Positions 63,573-64,000 of a stretch of 64,000 nt of DNA are shown piece after piece (position 1 is the stretch's first letter; every line of letters starts with the position of its first letter). The stretch is taken from the NCBI RefSeq assembly GCF_040938485.1, contig NW_027271484.1, forward strand, positions 496,001 to 560,000. The letters are read 5' to 3'. Source of the stretch: Diadema antillarum. Taxonomy: Eukaryota. The translations under genes were made by a program, and so were the position numbers. The notes below the pieces were generated by a model. The model saw only the letters and a program-made list of their open reading frames with translations, was not told the DNA's origin and did no database searches.

Positions 63573-63729
63573 NNNNNNNNNNNNNNNNNNNNNNNNNNNN
63601 NNNNNNNNNNNNNNNNNNNNNNNNNNNNNNNNNNNNNNNNNNNNNNNNNNNNNNNNNNNNNNNNNNNNNNNNNNNNNNNNNNNNNNNNNNNNNNNNNNNN
63701 NNNNNNNNNNNNNNNNNNNNNNNNNNNNN
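63573..63729. other. Assembly gap (157 N)
   Basis: Run of n characters inside a CCNK intron. Confidence 1.
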
Positions 63730-64000
63730 GATTATTATTATTATTTTTGTTATAATTATTGTTATGAGATACCGAGGTTAGTTAGCTTTTAAAATTTGAT
63801 ACCCAAGAAAAAGAGGAGATGCCAGCATTTTTGTGTGCATTGTATGCGTCCATCTTGCCATGTAGTAACAAAAGTAGTTGAGATTGAGCATGGCAGACAC
63901 TTACTTGTGAAAAAAAGCCCATGAAAATTAAAAATCCCAAGACATAAGCTAGAGAAATTTTAGTTTCTTTTTCGAGAGCATTCATATGAATCATGAATAA

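Noticed and set aside
63502-63792. ORF spanning the N run
   Set aside because: Artefact of the assembly gap.

Overview
AT-rich invertebrate metazoan genomic DNA (echinoderm-like repeat content; taxon is inference). It carries four spliced protein-coding genes in two head-to-head pairs: an ankyrin-repeat/SOCS-box gene of the ASB2/3/14/15 type (minus, 5517-17246) with UBR7 (plus, 19936-26993), and SETD3 (minus, 36033-55840) with cyclin K/CCNK (plus, from 59976, running off the window past an N-gap). Exon chains were built by hand from GT-AG sites and phase, and they close in frame, except for a 1-nt deficit in UBR7 exon 7. SETD3 and CCNK each contain a U12-type (minor spliceosome) intron, and their shared promoter has a strong CTCF-motif match. 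The window opens with a decayed RAG1/Transib-fold transposase. Introns and intergenic DNA hold Helentron/HINE-like elements with internal tandem arrays, CAG..CTG elements with 5- and 6-bp TSDs, TTAA and TA MITEs, and LINE and BEL/Pao fragments. No CRISPR array, rRNA or intact tRNA gene was seen. I found no clearly new multi-gene system; the best leads are the RAG1-like relic, the paired U12 introns, the conserved 14q32-like linkage and the Asn-Gly-rich SETD3 tail.
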